DNA of 64,000 nucleotides from an uncultured delta proteobacterium (GCA_963761335.1 CAVXGR010000024.1:128001-192000); one strand, 5' to 3'. Numbered from the stretch's first letter, positions 45,277 through 56,835 are shown. Numbers and translations: made by a program. Notes: generated by a model from the sequence alone, not told the origin.

Positions 45277-45995
45277 TTCACCTCGGCGTCAACATCGACC
45301 ACGTGGCCACCGTGCGCCAGGCGCGCCACACGACCTATCCCGACATCGTCGCCGCGGCGGCCGCCGCCGAGCGCGGCGGCGCCGACGGTATCACCGTGCA
45401 CCTCCGCGAGGATCGCCGTCACATTCAGGATGCCGACGTGGAGTCTCTGCGCGCCGCGCTGACCACCAAGCTCAATCTGGAGATGGCGGCCACCGCAGAG
45501 ATGGTGGCCAAGGCATGCGCGGTGCTGCCGCGGGACGCTTGCCTGGTGCCCGAGCGCCGCCAGGAGCTGACCACCGAGGGAGGCCTCGACGTCGCTGGAC
45601 AGATGGAGGCGGTGGGCGCGGCGGTGGAGACGCTGCGCTGCGCCGGCATTCGCGTGAGCCTCTTCATCGATCCGGAGGAGCGGCAGATCGAGGCGGCGTG
45701 CCTGTGTGGCACCGAGGTCGTCGAGCTGCACACCGGGGCTTACGCCGAGGCGACGGGCGGCGCTCGGGAGAGTGAGCTGGAACGCCTCCGTGCGGCGGTA
45801 GCCGCCGCCTCCGGCGCCGGCCTGATCGTCAACGCCGGACACGGCCTCCACTACCAGAACGTCGGCGCCATTGCGGCGTTGGTGCCGATTCGCGAGCTGA
45901 ACATCGGCCACAGCATCGTGGCCCGCGCCCTGTTCGTCGGCCTGGAAGCGGCGGTGCGCGAGATGAAGGCGGCGATGCGCCTGGCGTCCGGGTGA
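45273..45995 (+). CDS. pdxJ: Pyridoxine 5'-phosphate synthase
   Basis: [24 protein letters not shown]. Confidence 0.98.
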   Translation: MIHLGVNIDHVATVRQARHTTYPDIVAAAAAAERGGADGITVHLREDRRHIQDADVESLRAALTTKLNLEMAATAEMVAKACAVLPRDACLVPERRQELTTEGGLDVAGQMEAVGAAVETLRCAGIRVSLFIDPEERQIEAACLCGTEVVELHTGAYAEATGGARESELERLRAAVAAASGAGLIVNAGHGLHYQNVGAIAALVPIRELNIGHSIVARALFVGLEAAVREMKAAMRLASG

Positions 45996-46010
45996 GCGGC
46001 GGGCGACGGC

Positions 46011-47564
46011 ATGATCCTGGTCTCCGCCGCCGAGATGCGCCGTCTCGATCGGCTCACCATCGAGAAGTACGGGACTCCCGGATACACGCTGATGCAACGC
46101 GCCGGCCGGGGGGCGACCGCACTGCTGCGACAGGTATTCCCCCGCGCCCGGCGGGCCCGCGTGGTGATCTGCGCCGGCCACGGCAACAACGGCGGCGACG
46201 GCTTCGTCATCGGCCGCGAGCTGAAGGCCGCCGGAGCTGCCGTCGAGGTTCACCTGCTGGGTGCCGCAGCCGGCGTCAAAGGCGATGCGGCGCGCGCCCT
46301 TGCCGCCTATCGCCGAGCGCGCGGCAAGATCGTCGAGTGCACTGCGGCGGCGGACTTGAAAGTCCTCGGCGAGCGGCTGACGGGAGCTGCGGTCGCCGTC
46401 GACGCCATCTTCGGCACCGGTCTCAAAGGCGAGGTGAAGGGTATTCCCCGGCAGGCGATCGAGCTTCTCAACGACAGCCAGACACCCGTGTTCGCCGTGG
46501 ACATTCCTTCGGGCCTCGACAGTGATCGCGGCGTGCCACTCGGGGCCGCAGTTCGCGCCCGGGCGACGGCGACCTTCGGCTTCGCCAAGCTGGGACAGGT
46601 CAGCTATCCCGGTGTCGACCTGGTGGGACGCCTGGGAGTGATCGACATCGGCATTGCGCCCCAGGCGGTCGAGGAGGTGCGCCCGGCGGCTCGCCTCCTC
46701 GAGGCGATGGATGCGGCGGCGCTCGTTCCCCGGCGTCAGGCGGCCGCCCACAAGGGCGATGCCGGCCACCTGCTGGTGATCGCCGGCGGCCGCGGCAAGA
46801 CCGGTGCCGCCATGCTGGCGGCGCGCGCCGCGACGCGCGCCGGGGCCGGCCTCGTGACCCTGGCCGGTCCGGCATCCCAGCAGCCGATTCTCGCCGGCGG
46901 CGTTCTGGAGGCGATGACCGAGCTGCTGCCCGACGAGGACGGCCGACTGGGCTTCGACGAGGGCGCCCTGGCGCAGCTATGCGAGGGGCGCGACGCGGTG
47001 GTCTTCGGCCCGGGGGTGGGCACCGGCCCCGGGGCCGACAAGACACTCGCGTGGTTGCTCGACCGGCTCGAGGTTCCGCTCGTTCTCGATGCCGACGGCC
47101 TCAACTGCGCCGCCCGCGACGTCTCGCGCCTCGGCCGTGCCCGCGGCCCGGTGCTGGTCACGCCGCATCCCGGGGAGATGGCGCGCCTGCTGGGCTCCTC
47201 CACGCGCCAGGTGCAGGCGGATCGCCCCGGGAGCGCCCGCGCTCTGGCGGCCGCGCAGCGCTGCACTGTGGTGCTCAAAGGCGCTCGCAGCCTCATCGCC
47301 GGCGCCGACGGCAGCCTCGCCGTCAACCCGACCGGCAATCCCGGGATGGCCTCGGGAGGCATGGGCGACGTCCTCTCGGGAATTCTCGGCGCCCTGCTCG
47401 GGCAGGGGCTCTCGCCGTTCGACGCCGCCTGCCTCGGCGTCTATGCGCACGGCCTGGCCGCCGACCTCGCCACCGAGAGCATCGGCCCGATCGGCATCAT
47501 CGCCTCGGACGTCTTCGAGCACTTCCCCAGAGCGCTGCGCCGCCTTCTCGACGATGTCGCTTGA
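46011..47564 (+). CDS. nnr: Bifunctional NAD(P)HX epimerase/dehydratase
   Basis: GNNGGDG, DAIFGTG, DIPSG, TPHPGE, GMGDVL. Confidence 0.96.
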   Translation: MILVSAAEMRRLDRLTIEKYGTPGYTLMQRAGRGATALLRQVFPRARRARVVICAGHGNNGGDGFVIGRELKAAGAAVEVHLLGAAAGVKGDAARALAAYRRARGKIVECTAAADLKVLGERLTGAAVAVDAIFGTGLKGEVKGIPRQAIELLNDSQTPVFAVDIPSGLDSDRGVPLGAAVRARATATFGFAKLGQVSYPGVDLVGRLGVIDIGIAPQAVEEVRPAARLLEAMDAAALVPRRQAAAHKGDAGHLLVIAGGRGKTGAAMLAARAATRAGAGLVTLAGPASQQPILAGGVLEAMTELLPDEDGRLGFDEGALAQLCEGRDAVVFGPGVGTGPGADKTLAWLLDRLEVPLVLDADGLNCAARDVSRLGRARGPVLVTPHPGEMARLLGSSTRQVQADRPGSARALAAAQRCTVVLKGARSLIAGADGSLAVNPTGNPGMASGGMGDVLSGILGALLGQGLSPFDAACLGVYAHGLAADLATESIGPIGIIASDVFEHFPRALRRLLDDVA

Positions 47565-48021
47565 GCTGATCGTCCACAGCGAGGACGAAACGCGCGCTCT
47601 GGGTCGATGCCTGGGTACACTCTTGGCGCCGGGCGATATCGTCGGCCTCTACGGCGAGCTGGGGGCCGGCAAGACCTGTCTGGTGCGCGGTCTGGCGGAG
47701 GGACTCGGGATACTGCCCGAGCGGGTGCGCAGCCCCACCTTCACGCTCATGTCGACCTACCGCGGCGGCCGCCTTCTGCTGCACCACGTCGATCTCTATC
47801 GGCTGTCGCCCTCGGAGGACGACCGCATCGCCCTGCGCGAGGTTCTCTACGGCGACGCCGTCAGCGCCGTCGAGTGGTTCGACCGCTTCGGGGAGGAGAC
47901 CGAGCACCTGCGCATCGAGATCCTCTACGCCGGTGCCCACGAGCGTCGAATCCTCCTGGACGCCGGTGGCGGCCGCTACCATCGCCTGATAGAAGCCGTA
48001 AAAGAGAACCGATGGCGCTGA
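47554..48021 (+). CDS. tsaE: tRNA t6A biosynthesis ATPase
   Basis: [23 protein letters not shown]. Confidence 0.95.
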   Translation: MSLELIVHSEDETRALGRCLGTLLAPGDIVGLYGELGAGKTCLVRGLAEGLGILPERVRSPTFTLMSTYRGGRLLLHHVDLYRLSPSEDDRIALREVLYGDAVSAVEWFDRFGEETEHLRIEILYAGAHERRILLDAGGGRYHRLIEAVKENRWR

Positions 48022-49241
48022 TCGTGCAGAAATACGGGGGCACCTCCGTCGGCACGGTGGAGCGGATCCGTGCGGTGGCGGCGCGCGCCGCCGCCACCCA
48101 GGATGCCGGTCACCGCGTCGTGGTGGTGGTCTCGGCGATGGCTGGCGAGACCAACCGCCTGCTGGGCCTGGCCAGCGAGGTGACCGAGGATCCCGATGAG
48201 CGCGAGCGCGACGTCCTGGTCTCCACCGGCGAGCAGGTGTCGGTGGCCCTCCTGGCCATTACCCTGCGCGCCGCCGGGCGGCGGGCGCGCTCGTTTCTCG
48301 GGCATCAGATCCGCATCGACACCGACAGCGCCTTCGGCCGCGCCCGCATCCGCCGCATCGACGCCCAGCGCATCCTCGAGGCCGTCGACGCCGGCGACAT
48401 CGTGGTCGCGGCCGGATTTCAGGGTGTGGACGCCGAGGGAAACATCACCACCCTCGGCCGCGGCGGCAGCGACACCACCGCCGTCGCCATCGCCGCGGCG
48501 GTTCGCGCCGACGTGTGCGAGATCTACACGGACGTCGACGGGGTGTTCACCGCCGATCCGCGCATCTGTCCGGCGGCCTGCAAGCTGGATCGCGTCTCCT
48601 ACGACGAGATGCTCGAGTCGGCCAGCCTCGGCGCCAAGGTGCTGCAGATCCGCTCCGTCGAGTTCGCCAAGCGGTACCAGGTGCCGCTGCACGTCCGCTC
48701 CAGCTTCGCGGACGTCGAAGGCACCTGGGTGGTACAGGAGGAGAGAAAGATGGAAGACGTCCTCGTTTCCGAGGTGACCCTCGACCGCGACGAGGCCAAG
48801 GTGACGCTGCAGCGGGTCCCCGACCGCCCCGGGCTGGCGGCGCGCATCTTCACCCCCATCTCGGAGGCGAACATCGTCGTCGACATGATTATCCAGAATG
48901 CCAGCGAAGAGGGCACCACCGACGTCACCTTCACCGTGCCGCACGCCGACCACCAGAAGGCGCTCGCCATGGTGAAGGGGGTGGCCGACGAGATCGGCGC
49001 CGGCGGCGCCACCGCCGACACCGACGTCTGCAAGGTGTCGATCGTCGGCCTCGGGATGCGCAGCCACGCCGGCGTCGCCGCCAAGATGTTTCGCGTGCTC
49101 GCCCAGGAGGGCATCAACATCCAGATGATCTCGACCTCGGAGATCAAGGTGTCGATCATCGTCGCCTCCAAGTACGGCGAGCTGGCCGTGCGCGTGCTCC
49201 ACGAGGCCTTCGTCGAGAACGGCGCGGAGGTGCGGCCATGA
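48012..49241 (+). CDS. lysC: Aspartate kinase
   Basis: [16 protein letters not shown], two ACT domains. Confidence 0.97.
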   Translation: MALIVQKYGGTSVGTVERIRAVAARAAATQDAGHRVVVVVSAMAGETNRLLGLASEVTEDPDERERDVLVSTGEQVSVALLAITLRAAGRRARSFLGHQIRIDTDSAFGRARIRRIDAQRILEAVDAGDIVVAAGFQGVDAEGNITTLGRGGSDTTAVAIAAAVRADVCEIYTDVDGVFTADPRICPAACKLDRVSYDEMLESASLGAKVLQIRSVEFAKRYQVPLHVRSSFADVEGTWVVQEERKMEDVLVSEVTLDRDEAKVTLQRVPDRPGLAARIFTPISEANIVVDMIIQNASEEGTTDVTFTVPHADHQKALAMVKGVADEIGAGGATADTDVCKVSIVGLGMRSHAGVAAKMFRVLAQEGINIQMISTSEIKVSIIVASKYGELAVRVLHEAFVENGAEVRP

Positions 49242-50878
49242 GCGGGCGCCAGGTCGAGATCTACGACACCACCCTGCGCGACGGCGCGCAGGCGGAGGAC
49301 GTCTCCTTCACCTTCGAGGACAAGCTGCGCATCCTCGAGCGACTCGACGATTTCGGTGTGCACTTCGTCGAGGGCGGCTGGCCGGGATCGAACCCGCGCG
49401 ACGCCGCCTTCTTCCAGGAAGCCCGCCGGGTGTCGCTTCGCCATACCCGCCTGGCGGCCTTCGGCTCGACGCGGCGGGCGGGCGTCAAGTGCGAGGACGA
49501 CGCCAACCTCGCCATGCTGCTGCGGGCGGAGACCCCGGTGGTCACCATTGTCGGCAAGACCTGGGACCTCCACGTCCGCGACGACCTGCGCATCTCGCAG
49601 AAGGAGAACCTCGAGGTCATCGCCGACTCGATCGCCTTTCTCAAGAAGAGGACCGACACAGTCATCTTCGACGCCGAGCACTTCTTCGACGGCTACCGCG
49701 ACAACGGAGAGTATGCACTGCGCTGCGTCGGCGTCGCCGCCGAAGCCGGCGCCGACCTGATCTGCCTGTGTGACACCAACGGCGGCCGCCTGCCCGAGGA
49801 GATCGGTGCTGCCGTGGACGCGGTCGCCGCCGCCGTGGTCACGCCGCTGGGAATCCACTGCCACAACGACTCCGACCTCGCCGTGGCCAACAGCCTGATG
49901 GCCCTGCAGCACGGCGCTGTACAGGTGCAGGGCACCATCAACGGCATCGGCGAGCGCTGTGGCAACGCCAACCTGTGCTCCGTGATGGCCAACCTGCAGC
50001 TCAAGCGGGGCTACAAGGTGGTGAGCGCGGCGAATCTGGCTCGCCTTCAGGAGCTGTCCCGCTACGTCTACGAGCTCGCCAACATCGAGCCCAACAAGCG
50101 CCAGCCATACGTGGGCGCCAGCGCCTTCGCCCACAAGGGCGGTCTGCACGTGGCGGCGGTGCAGAAGAATCCGCAGACCTACGAGCACATCGATCCCGCG
50201 ACCGTCGGCAACCAGCAGCGGGTGCTGATCTCCGATCTCTCCGGGCGCGCCAACATCCTGTACAAGGCCAAGGAGTTCGGCGTCACCCTCGAGAACGATG
50301 ATCCGGCAGTGCGCCGCATCGTCAATGAGATCAAGGAGCTCGAGCACCAGGGGTATCAGTTCGAGGGCGCCGAGGGCTCCTTCGAGCTGCTCCTGCACAG
50401 GGGCCTGAACGGACGCCTCCGCCATTTCACCCTGATCGGCTTCCGCGTCATCGACGAGAAGCGCAGCGAGGACGAGAAGCCTCTCTCCGAGGCGACCATC
50501 ATGATTCAGGGGCCGGACGGTCAGGTGGAGCACACCGCGGCGCAGGGGAACGGTCCGGTGAACGCCCTCGACTGCGCGCTGCGCAAGGCCCTGCGCAAGT
50601 TCTATCCGCAGATCGACGAGGTCAAGCTTCTCGACTACAAGGTCCGCGTTCTCGGCGGTCCCGAGGGCACCCAGGCGGTGGTGCGCGTGCTCATCGAGTC
50701 GGGCGATCAGCACGAGCGCTGGGGCACCGTCGGCGTTTCTCCGAACGTCATCGAGGCGAGCTGGAAAGCGCTGGTCGACAGCATCGACTACAAGCTCTAC
50801 AAGGACGAACGGCGCCGCTTGGCGTCGAAGGGCCGCCGGCGCGCCGGCAAGCGCTCCTCCGACATCGCCTCGGCATGA
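49238..50878 (+). CDS. cimA: Citramalate synthase
   Basis: [28 protein letters not shown]; usual lysC-cimA linkage. Confidence 0.93.
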   Translation: MSGRQVEIYDTTLRDGAQAEDVSFTFEDKLRILERLDDFGVHFVEGGWPGSNPRDAAFFQEARRVSLRHTRLAAFGSTRRAGVKCEDDANLAMLLRAETPVVTIVGKTWDLHVRDDLRISQKENLEVIADSIAFLKKRTDTVIFDAEHFFDGYRDNGEYALRCVGVAAEAGADLICLCDTNGGRLPEEIGAAVDAVAAAVVTPLGIHCHNDSDLAVANSLMALQHGAVQVQGTINGIGERCGNANLCSVMANLQLKRGYKVVSAANLARLQELSRYVYELANIEPNKRQPYVGASAFAHKGGLHVAAVQKNPQTYEHIDPATVGNQQRVLISDLSGRANILYKAKEFGVTLENDDPAVRRIVNEIKELEHQGYQFEGAEGSFELLLHRGLNGRLRHFTLIGFRVIDEKRSEDEKPLSEATIMIQGPDGQVEHTAAQGNGPVNALDCALRKALRKFYPQIDEVKLLDYKVRVLGGPEGTQAVVRVLIESGDQHERWGTVGVSPNVIEASWKALVDSIDYKLYKDERRRLASKGRRRAGKRSSDIASA

Positions 50879-52011
50879 TCTACCTCGACCACAACGCTAC
50901 CGCCCCGGTGTTGCCGGAGGTGGTCGAGGCGCTGTTGCCTTTTCTCCGCGACGATTTCGGCAACGCCTCCAGCGTGCATCGCCTCGGCTCCGCGGCCCGC
51001 TGCGCCGTCGAAGAGGCGCGCCATCAAGTGGCGCGCCTGATCGGCGCCGAGGCGTCCGCGGTCGTCTTCACCTCGGGAGGTACCGAGAGCAACAACCTGG
51101 CGATCTCGGGCGCGGTGCGAGCGGCAGGCCCGCCGGGCCACCTCGTCACCTCGGCGATCGAGCACTCCTCGGTGCTCGCCACGGTGGCGGCACTGGAAGA
51201 GGAGGGGTGGCGCGTCACCCGCCTCGGGGTCGACGACGAGGGGCGAGTGTCGCCGGCGGCGGTGGCGGAGGCGCTGCATGCGGACACGCGTCTGGTGAGC
51301 ATCGGCGGGGCCAACAACGAGATTGGGACCGTACAGCCGGTGGCCGAGATCGCCGCTGTCTGCCGCGACCGCGGGGTTCCGCTACACGTCGATGGCGTGC
51401 AGGCGGCGGGCAAGCTCGCCATCCGCGTCACCGACCTCGATCTGCTGTCGATCTCCGCCCACAAGATCGGCGGCCCCAAGGGCGTCGGCGCGCTCTGGGT
51501 GCGCCGCGGGCTGTCGCTGCGGCCGCTGCTGTACGGCGGATCGCAGGAGCGCGGCCGCCGCCCGGGCACCGAGAACGTCGCCGGCATCGTCGGCTTCGGT
51601 GTCGCCTGCGTCTCTGCGGAGGAGCGCCTGGCACACGCCGCCGAGATTGAGAGCCTGCGCGAGCTGCTGTGGTCGCGCCTCGAGCTCTTGGCAGGCGCGC
51701 GGCGCAACAGCCCGGCGGCGGGATGCCTGCCGAACACGCTGAATGTCAGCTTCGCCGGTCGCAGCGCCGATGCACTCATCGCCGCCCTCGACCTTCGCGG
51801 CATCGCCGTCTCCAGCGGCTCGGCGTGCGCCGCCGGCGCCAGCGAGGCGTCGCACGTCCTGCGCGCCCTCGGACGAGGCGACCGCGAGGCGCGTGACGCG
51901 CTGCGATTCAGCCTCGGGCCGGAGACGACGGCGAGCGACGTCGAGGCGAGCGCTGCGGCGCTGGCGGAGATCTGCGGCGCCGAGGCTCTGCGGGGGAGGG
52001 CGCGTGCGTAG
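50875..52011 (+). CDS. iscS: Cysteine desulfurase
   Basis: YLDHNAT, SAHK, SSGSAC. Confidence 0.92.
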   Translation: MIYLDHNATAPVLPEVVEALLPFLRDDFGNASSVHRLGSAARCAVEEARHQVARLIGAEASAVVFTSGGTESNNLAISGAVRAAGPPGHLVTSAIEHSSVLATVAALEEEGWRVTRLGVDDEGRVSPAAVAEALHADTRLVSIGGANNEIGTVQPVAEIAAVCRDRGVPLHVDGVQAAGKLAIRVTDLDLLSISAHKIGGPKGVGALWVRRGLSLRPLLYGGSQERGRRPGTENVAGIVGFGVACVSAEERLAHAAEIESLRELLWSRLELLAGARRNSPAAGCLPNTLNVSFAGRSADALIAALDLRGIAVSSGSACAAGASEASHVLRALGRGDREARDALRFSLGPETTASDVEASAAALAEICGAEALRGRARA

Positions 52012-53083
52012 CCGCCGCCGCGTCCTCCTCGGCATGAGCGGAGGCGTCGACAGCTCGGTGGCCGCGGCTCTCCTGCTGCAGGCTGGGCACGAGGTGATCG
52101 GCGTTGCCATGCGGCTCTGGGGCGGCGACACGGGGAGCGAGAGCGGCTGCTGCTCGCTCGACGATTTCGTCGACGCCCGCCGCGTTGCCCATCGCCTCGG
52201 CATCCCGTTCTACGTGATGGACTACCAGGAGGAGTTCGAGCGCGCCGTCGTCAGCCCATTCGTCGCCGAGTACGCCACGGGTCGCACGCCCAACCCGTGC
52301 GTGCGGTGCAATCAGTACGTGAAGTTCGGCTCGTTCTGGGAGAGGGCCCAGGAGCTCGGGGCGACGGCGGTGGCGACCGGCCATTACGCGCGCATCGGCG
52401 ACTGCGATGCCGAGCCGGCGCTGCTGCGCGGCGCCGACCCGCTGAAGGATCAGTCCTACTTCCTGTTCGCCATGCCGCGCGCGCAGCTGGGGCACACGCT
52501 GTTTCCGGTCGGTCACTTGTCGAAGCCGCAGGTGCGCGCCTTGGCTGCCGAGCTCGGCCTGCCGGTGGCCGCCAAGCCGGACAGTCAGGAGGTCTGCTTT
52601 GCGCCTGGCCGCGCCCACGGCTCCTTCGTGGCGGCGCGTCTCGGCGAGAGGGCACCGGGCCCGGGTGCGGTGGTCGATGAGGACGGCACCGTCATCGGGC
52701 GGCACGCCGGCGTTCACACGGTCACCGTCGGCCAGCGGCGCGGTCTCGGCCTGAGCGCACCGGCGGCGCGCTACGTGACCGCCGTCGATGCGGCGACGGC
52801 GACGGTGCGCGTCGGCTCGGAGAGCTTGCTGGGTTCCAGCGGGCTCGAGGCGGAAGGCGCCAACTGGCTGGCGGCGAGGCGCCCGCTGCCGGGTGCGCGC
52901 CTGACCGCGAAGATCCGCTCGCGCCATGCGGCGGTCCCCGTGGTGGTGGCCGCCTGCGGCGAGGATCACTTCACTCTGGAGGCGGAAATGCCGATGAAGT
53001 CGGTCACTCCAGGGCAGGCGGCGGTACTCTACGATGGAGACCGCATCGTCGGCGGCGGCTGGATCGCCCGGGCGATCATTTGA
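52004..53083 (+). CDS. mnmA: tRNA-specific 2-thiouridylase
   Basis: MSGGVDS, PNPC, KDQSYFL, DSQEVCF. Confidence 0.97.
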   Translation: MRSRRRVLLGMSGGVDSSVAAALLLQAGHEVIGVAMRLWGGDTGSESGCCSLDDFVDARRVAHRLGIPFYVMDYQEEFERAVVSPFVAEYATGRTPNPCVRCNQYVKFGSFWERAQELGATAVATGHYARIGDCDAEPALLRGADPLKDQSYFLFAMPRAQLGHTLFPVGHLSKPQVRALAAELGLPVAAKPDSQEVCFAPGRAHGSFVAARLGERAPGPGAVVDEDGTVIGRHAGVHTVTVGQRRGLGLSAPAARYVTAVDAATATVRVGSESLLGSSGLEAEGANWLAARRPLPGARLTAKIRSRHAAVPVVVAACGEDHFTLEAEMPMKSVTPGQAAVLYDGDRIVGGGWIARAII

Positions 53084-53097
53084 CGGAGGATGTTTTC

Positions 53098-54396
53098 GTG
53101 AAGGTCGCGATCACGACCCTGGGCTGCAAGGTCAACCAGTACGACTCCGGAACCCTGGAGAGTCGCCTGCGTGCCCAGGGATGCGAGATCGTGGCGTTTG
53201 CACCCGGCGCCGATGCCTACGTGGTCAATACCTGCTCGGTCACCGACCGCGCCGATGCCGAGAGCCGGCGGCTGGCGCGGCGGGCGCGGCGCTACGCGCC
53301 CTCGGGGCGCGTGGTGATGACCGGCTGCTTCGCGCAGACCAACCCGCGCGGCGCCGCCATTCCCGAGGTCGACTACGTCGTCGGCCTGAACCGCATCGAC
53401 GATCTGCTCGCCGCGGTGCGGGGCGAGATCGACCAGCCGCGCGGCGCTCTCCTGGTCGACAACCTGCGCAAGGCCGAGACCATCGCCACCCTGGGCGCCG
53501 AGAGCTTCGCCGGGCAGACGCGCGCCTTCCTCAAGATCCAGGAAGGCTGCGATCTCTTCTGCACCTTCTGCATCGTGCCCTTCGCGCGGGGTCGCAGCCG
53601 CTCGGTGGCGCCGCGGGTGGTGCTCGAAGAGATGCGGCGCCTGGCGGCTCTGGGATATCGGGAGATCGTCCTCACCGGCGTGCATCTGGGTGGCTACGGC
53701 GAGGACCTGGCGCCGCGCATCGGCCTGGCCGATCTGCTGGAGATGATCGCCGAGACGGCGCCGGTGCGGCGGATTCGCCTGAGCTCCGTCGATCCTCCGG
53801 AGATCACGCCACGGCTGCTGCGCATCGTCGCCGGGAGCGGCGTCATCTGCCCGCACTTCCACATACCGCTCCAGTCCGGCGACGACCGCGTGCTGGCGCG
53901 CATGCGGCGGCGCTACTCCGTCGGGCTGGCGCGCGAGGTGCTGGAGAGCATCGCCGAGGCGATCCCCGGGGCCGGTATCGGTACCGACGTCATTGCCGGG
54001 TTTCCAGGAGAGACGGAAGAGGAGTTCGCGCACACCGAGGAGTTCGTGGCGCGGATGCCGTTCACCTACTTGCACGTCTTCCCCTACTCGCCGCGTCGCG
54101 GGACCACGGCGGCGAAGCTGCCGCAGCGGCTCGAGGCGCCGCTGCTGCTCGAGCGCGCCCGGCGTTTGCGCGAGGCGGACGCCGAGAAGCGCCGCCGTTT
54201 CGCCGAGTCGCTGGTGGGCGCGACTCTACCGGTGCTGCTCGAGGGAGACGGGACGGCGGCCGACGGCACGCTCAGTGGCTACACGCCCAACTACGCGCGG
54301 GTTCGCGTCGCTGCGCCGCCGGCCCTGGCGCGCCGGGAGGTCGAGGTCCGCATCGTCTCCGCCCGCGACGGTCATCTCGACGCGGAGGTCGCTTGA
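53098..54396 (+). CDS. mtaB: tRNA ms2t6A methylthiotransferase
   Basis: LGCKVNQYD, NTCSVT, CDLFCTFC radical-SAM motif, HVFPYS. Confidence 0.95.
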   Translation: MKVAITTLGCKVNQYDSGTLESRLRAQGCEIVAFAPGADAYVVNTCSVTDRADAESRRLARRARRYAPSGRVVMTGCFAQTNPRGAAIPEVDYVVGLNRIDDLLAAVRGEIDQPRGALLVDNLRKAETIATLGAESFAGQTRAFLKIQEGCDLFCTFCIVPFARGRSRSVAPRVVLEEMRRLAALGYREIVLTGVHLGGYGEDLAPRIGLADLLEMIAETAPVRRIRLSSVDPPEITPRLLRIVAGSGVICPHFHIPLQSGDDRVLARMRRRYSVGLAREVLESIAEAIPGAGIGTDVIAGFPGETEEEFAHTEEFVARMPFTYLHVFPYSPRRGTTAAKLPQRLEAPLLLERARRLREADAEKRRRFAESLVGATLPVLLEGDGTAADGTLSGYTPNYARVRVAAPPALARREVEVRIVSARDGHLDAEVA

Positions 54397-55124
54397 CCCC
54401 GGACAGCGGCCCAGCGGGCGGCACCGTCGACGAAGCGGCCGCCCACCTCGAGAACGTTCTCGGCTACCGCTTCCGCGACCTCGAGCGCCTCGAGGCGGCC
54501 CTGACGCACACCTCCGTGGCCGGCGCCGGAGGCGGAGGCGTTGCGGAGATCGAGCGGCTGGAGTTTCTCGGCGATGCCGTGCTCGGCCTCTGCATCACCG
54601 ATCTGTTGATCCATCAGCGGCCGGAGGCGTCCGAGGGAGAGCTGACGCGCGTGCGAGCGAGGCTGGTGAACACCGTGGCGCTGGCGCGCAAGGCGCGTGA
54701 GGTCGGTGTTGCCGATCTGATGATTCTCGGCCGCGGGGAGGAGAAGAGCGGTGGTCGCCACAAGGCGTCGATTCTCGCGGGCACCCTGGAGGCGGTGCTC
54801 GGGGCGCTCTTTCTCGATGGCGATTTCGCCGCTGCCCGTCAGGTGGTGGAGAAGATCTTCGCCGTTGATGCCCGCGGCGTTTCGCCCGCAGAGGAAGACC
54901 CGAAGACGTCGCTGCAGGAGCTGACGCAGCGGCTCTTCCGCTGTCTACCCGTGTATGCGACCCTGAGCGTCGAAGGGCCGGATCACGCCCGCGACTTCGT
55001 CGTCGAGGTGACGGTGGACGGCCGGGTGATGGGGTGCGGATCGGGGCGCAGCAAGCGGCTGGCGGCACAGGCCGCGGCCCGCCAGGCTCTGGAGGCTTTG
55101 CGCCTGCCGGCGGAAAACGATTGA
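54393..55124 (+). CDS. rnc: Ribonuclease III
   Basis: ERLEFLGDAVL, C-terminal dsRBD; start uncertain. Confidence 0.96.
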   Translation: MTPDSGPAGGTVDEAAAHLENVLGYRFRDLERLEAALTHTSVAGAGGGGVAEIERLEFLGDAVLGLCITDLLIHQRPEASEGELTRVRARLVNTVALARKAREVGVADLMILGRGEEKSGGRHKASILAGTLEAVLGALFLDGDFAAARQVVEKIFAVDARGVSPAEEDPKTSLQELTQRLFRCLPVYATLSVEGPDHARDFVVEVTVDGRVMGCGSGRSKRLAAQAAARQALEALRLPAEND

Positions 55125-55146
55125 GCTACGAGCGAGGAGAGCGGAG

Positions 55147-56277
55147 GTGAGCCAGAGGGTACTCGTCGTCTTCGGCACCCGGCCGGAGGCCATCAAGCTG
55201 GCCCCGGTGGTCGAGGCGCTGCGCGCCGAGAAGGGGATCGAGGTGGTGGTATGCGTCACCGCGCAGCACCGCGAGATGCTCGACCAGGTGCTGCGCATCT
55301 TCTCGCTGCGGCCCGACCACGACCTGAATCTCATGCGCGCCGGCCAGGATCTGTTCGACGTCACCGCCGGCGCCCTGACGGCGTTGCGGCCGGTGATTGC
55401 CGAGGTGAAGCCCGCTGCCCTGGTGGTGCAGGGCGATACGACGACGACGCTGGCCGCGGCCCTGGCGGCGTTCTACTCGCACGTTGCCGTCGCTCACGTC
55501 GAGGCGGGCCTGCGAACCGGCGACAAGCGGCGCCCGTTTCCGGAGGAGATCAACCGGCGCCTCACCACGCACCTGGCCGACTGGCATTTTCCGCCCACCG
55601 ACTGGGCGCGCGAGAACCTGCTGCGCGAAGGCGTTGCCGAGGATCGCGTCTTCGTCACCGGCAACACCGGCATCGACGCGCTCCTCGAGCTCGTGGAGCG
55701 CATCGACAGCGGTGCGGTTCAACCGTCGCTGCCTGCTTCCATCGCTCCGGCGCTCGACGGGCGGCGGCGCCTGATCCTGGTGACCGGACACCGGCGAGAG
55801 AGCTTCGGCGCCGGCTTCGAGAACATCTGCCTGGCGCTGCGGGCGGTCGCCGAGCGGCACCCCGACGTGGCGATCGTCTACCCGGTGCATCTCAACCCCA
55901 ACGTGCAGGAGCCGGTCCGTCGCCATCTCGGATCGCTCGAGGGCGTCTATCTCACCGAGCCGCTCGACTATCTGCCCTTCGTGGCGTTGATGAAGCGCGC
56001 CCATTTGATCGTTACCGACTCCGGCGGCGTGCAGGAAGAGGCGCCATCGCTCGGCAAGCCGGTGCTGGTCATGCGCGACACCACCGAGCGCCCCGAGGGC
56101 GTGCGCGCCGGCGTCGCCCGCCTCGTCGGGCCGCACACCGACCGCATCGTCGCCGCCGTGGAGGAGCTGCTGACCGACGAGTCCAGCTACCGCGCCATGG
56201 CGCAGAAGCAGAACCCCTACGGCGACGGCCACGCCGCGGCGCGCATCGCGCGCGTCCTCGCGGAGAAGCTCAGGTGA
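55147..56277 (+). CDS. wecB: UDP-N-acetylglucosamine 2-epimerase (non-hydrolysing)
   Basis: FGTRPEAIK, QGDT, HVEAG, DSGGVQEE. Confidence 0.96.
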   Translation: MSQRVLVVFGTRPEAIKLAPVVEALRAEKGIEVVVCVTAQHREMLDQVLRIFSLRPDHDLNLMRAGQDLFDVTAGALTALRPVIAEVKPAALVVQGDTTTTLAAALAAFYSHVAVAHVEAGLRTGDKRRPFPEEINRRLTTHLADWHFPPTDWARENLLREGVAEDRVFVTGNTGIDALLELVERIDSGAVQPSLPASIAPALDGRRRLILVTGHRRESFGAGFENICLALRAVAERHPDVAIVYPVHLNPNVQEPVRRHLGSLEGVYLTEPLDYLPFVALMKRAHLIVTDSGGVQEEAPSLGKPVLVMRDTTERPEGVRAGVARLVGPHTDRIVAAVEELLTDESSYRAMAQKQNPYGDGHAAARIARVLAEKLR

Positions 56278-56282
56278 ACCGG

Positions 56283-56504
56283 TTCTCCATTCTCATCCCC
56301 GGTTCTCATCCCGTCGTTTTCCGTTCGCTCTGACAGGCGCAACTGACCCGCAGCACACGCTCTCGCTCCGCCGCGATCGACGGTAGCCGGGGGGTTGAAG
56401 GTAGAAGCGCCGTCCCGGCGCTTTCGAAGCGGCGAGACGCCGCTTCTACTTGGCCCGCGGGCCGCGAAAACGACGGGATGAGACCCGGGAATGGGAATGG
56501 AGAA
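56283..56504. mobile_element. MITE-like element copy C containing a nested REP doublet
   Basis: Arms 56283-56321 and 56466-56504 are inverted repeats; longer spacer than copies A and D. Confidence 0.75.
56401..56449. repeat. GTAG-type REP doublet (REPIN-like)
   Basis: GTAGAAGCGCCGTCCCGGCGCTTTCGAAGCGGCGAGACGCCGCTTCTAC; inverted copy of 7437-7485. Confidence 0.85.
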
Positions 56505-56513
56505 TCCCGCACG

Positions 56514-56542
56514 TTGACTTTGATACACAACGCGGTTATAAA
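56514..56542 (+). promoter_or_regulatory. Strong sigma70 promoter
   Basis: TTGACT-N17-TATAAA. Confidence 0.8.
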
Positions 56543-56557
56543 GCGTTTGTCCCAAAC

Positions 56558-56597
56558 CCGGTCCAGCAGACATCACCCGCTCGGCCGGATTTTTTTT
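56558..56597 (+). terminator. Intrinsic terminator-like hairpin in a 5' leader
   Basis: CCGGTC...GGCCGG stem followed by A and T8. Confidence 0.55.
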
Positions 56598-56643
56598 AGG
56601 ATGGGAGCTGGGCTACGGATCCACCCTGTCTGAGGAGAAACGA

Positions 56644-56817
56644 ATGGCTGAGAAGAAGGCAAAGACAGCCCAAAAGGGAGCGGACGTGCAGCAGAACAAG
56701 AAGGCTTGTCCGACCTGCGGCGCCGAGAGCCGGGTGACGTACTTCACCGGTCACGGGCGCAAGGGCTTTTTCTGGGTTTGCGAGAAGACCTGCGGATATA
56801 TGGAGCGGACTCGCTAG
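56644..56817 (+). CDS. 57-aa basic zinc-ribbon protein (not in ORF track)
   Basis: MAEKKAKTAQKGADVQQNKKACPTCGAESRVTYFTGHGRKGFFWVCEKTCGYMERTR; GAGGAG RBS. Confidence 0.8.
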   Translation: MAEKKAKTAQKGADVQQNKKACPTCGAESRVTYFTGHGRKGFFWVCEKTCGYMERTR

Positions 56818-56835
56818 GAGTTGCAGGAGCGATAC

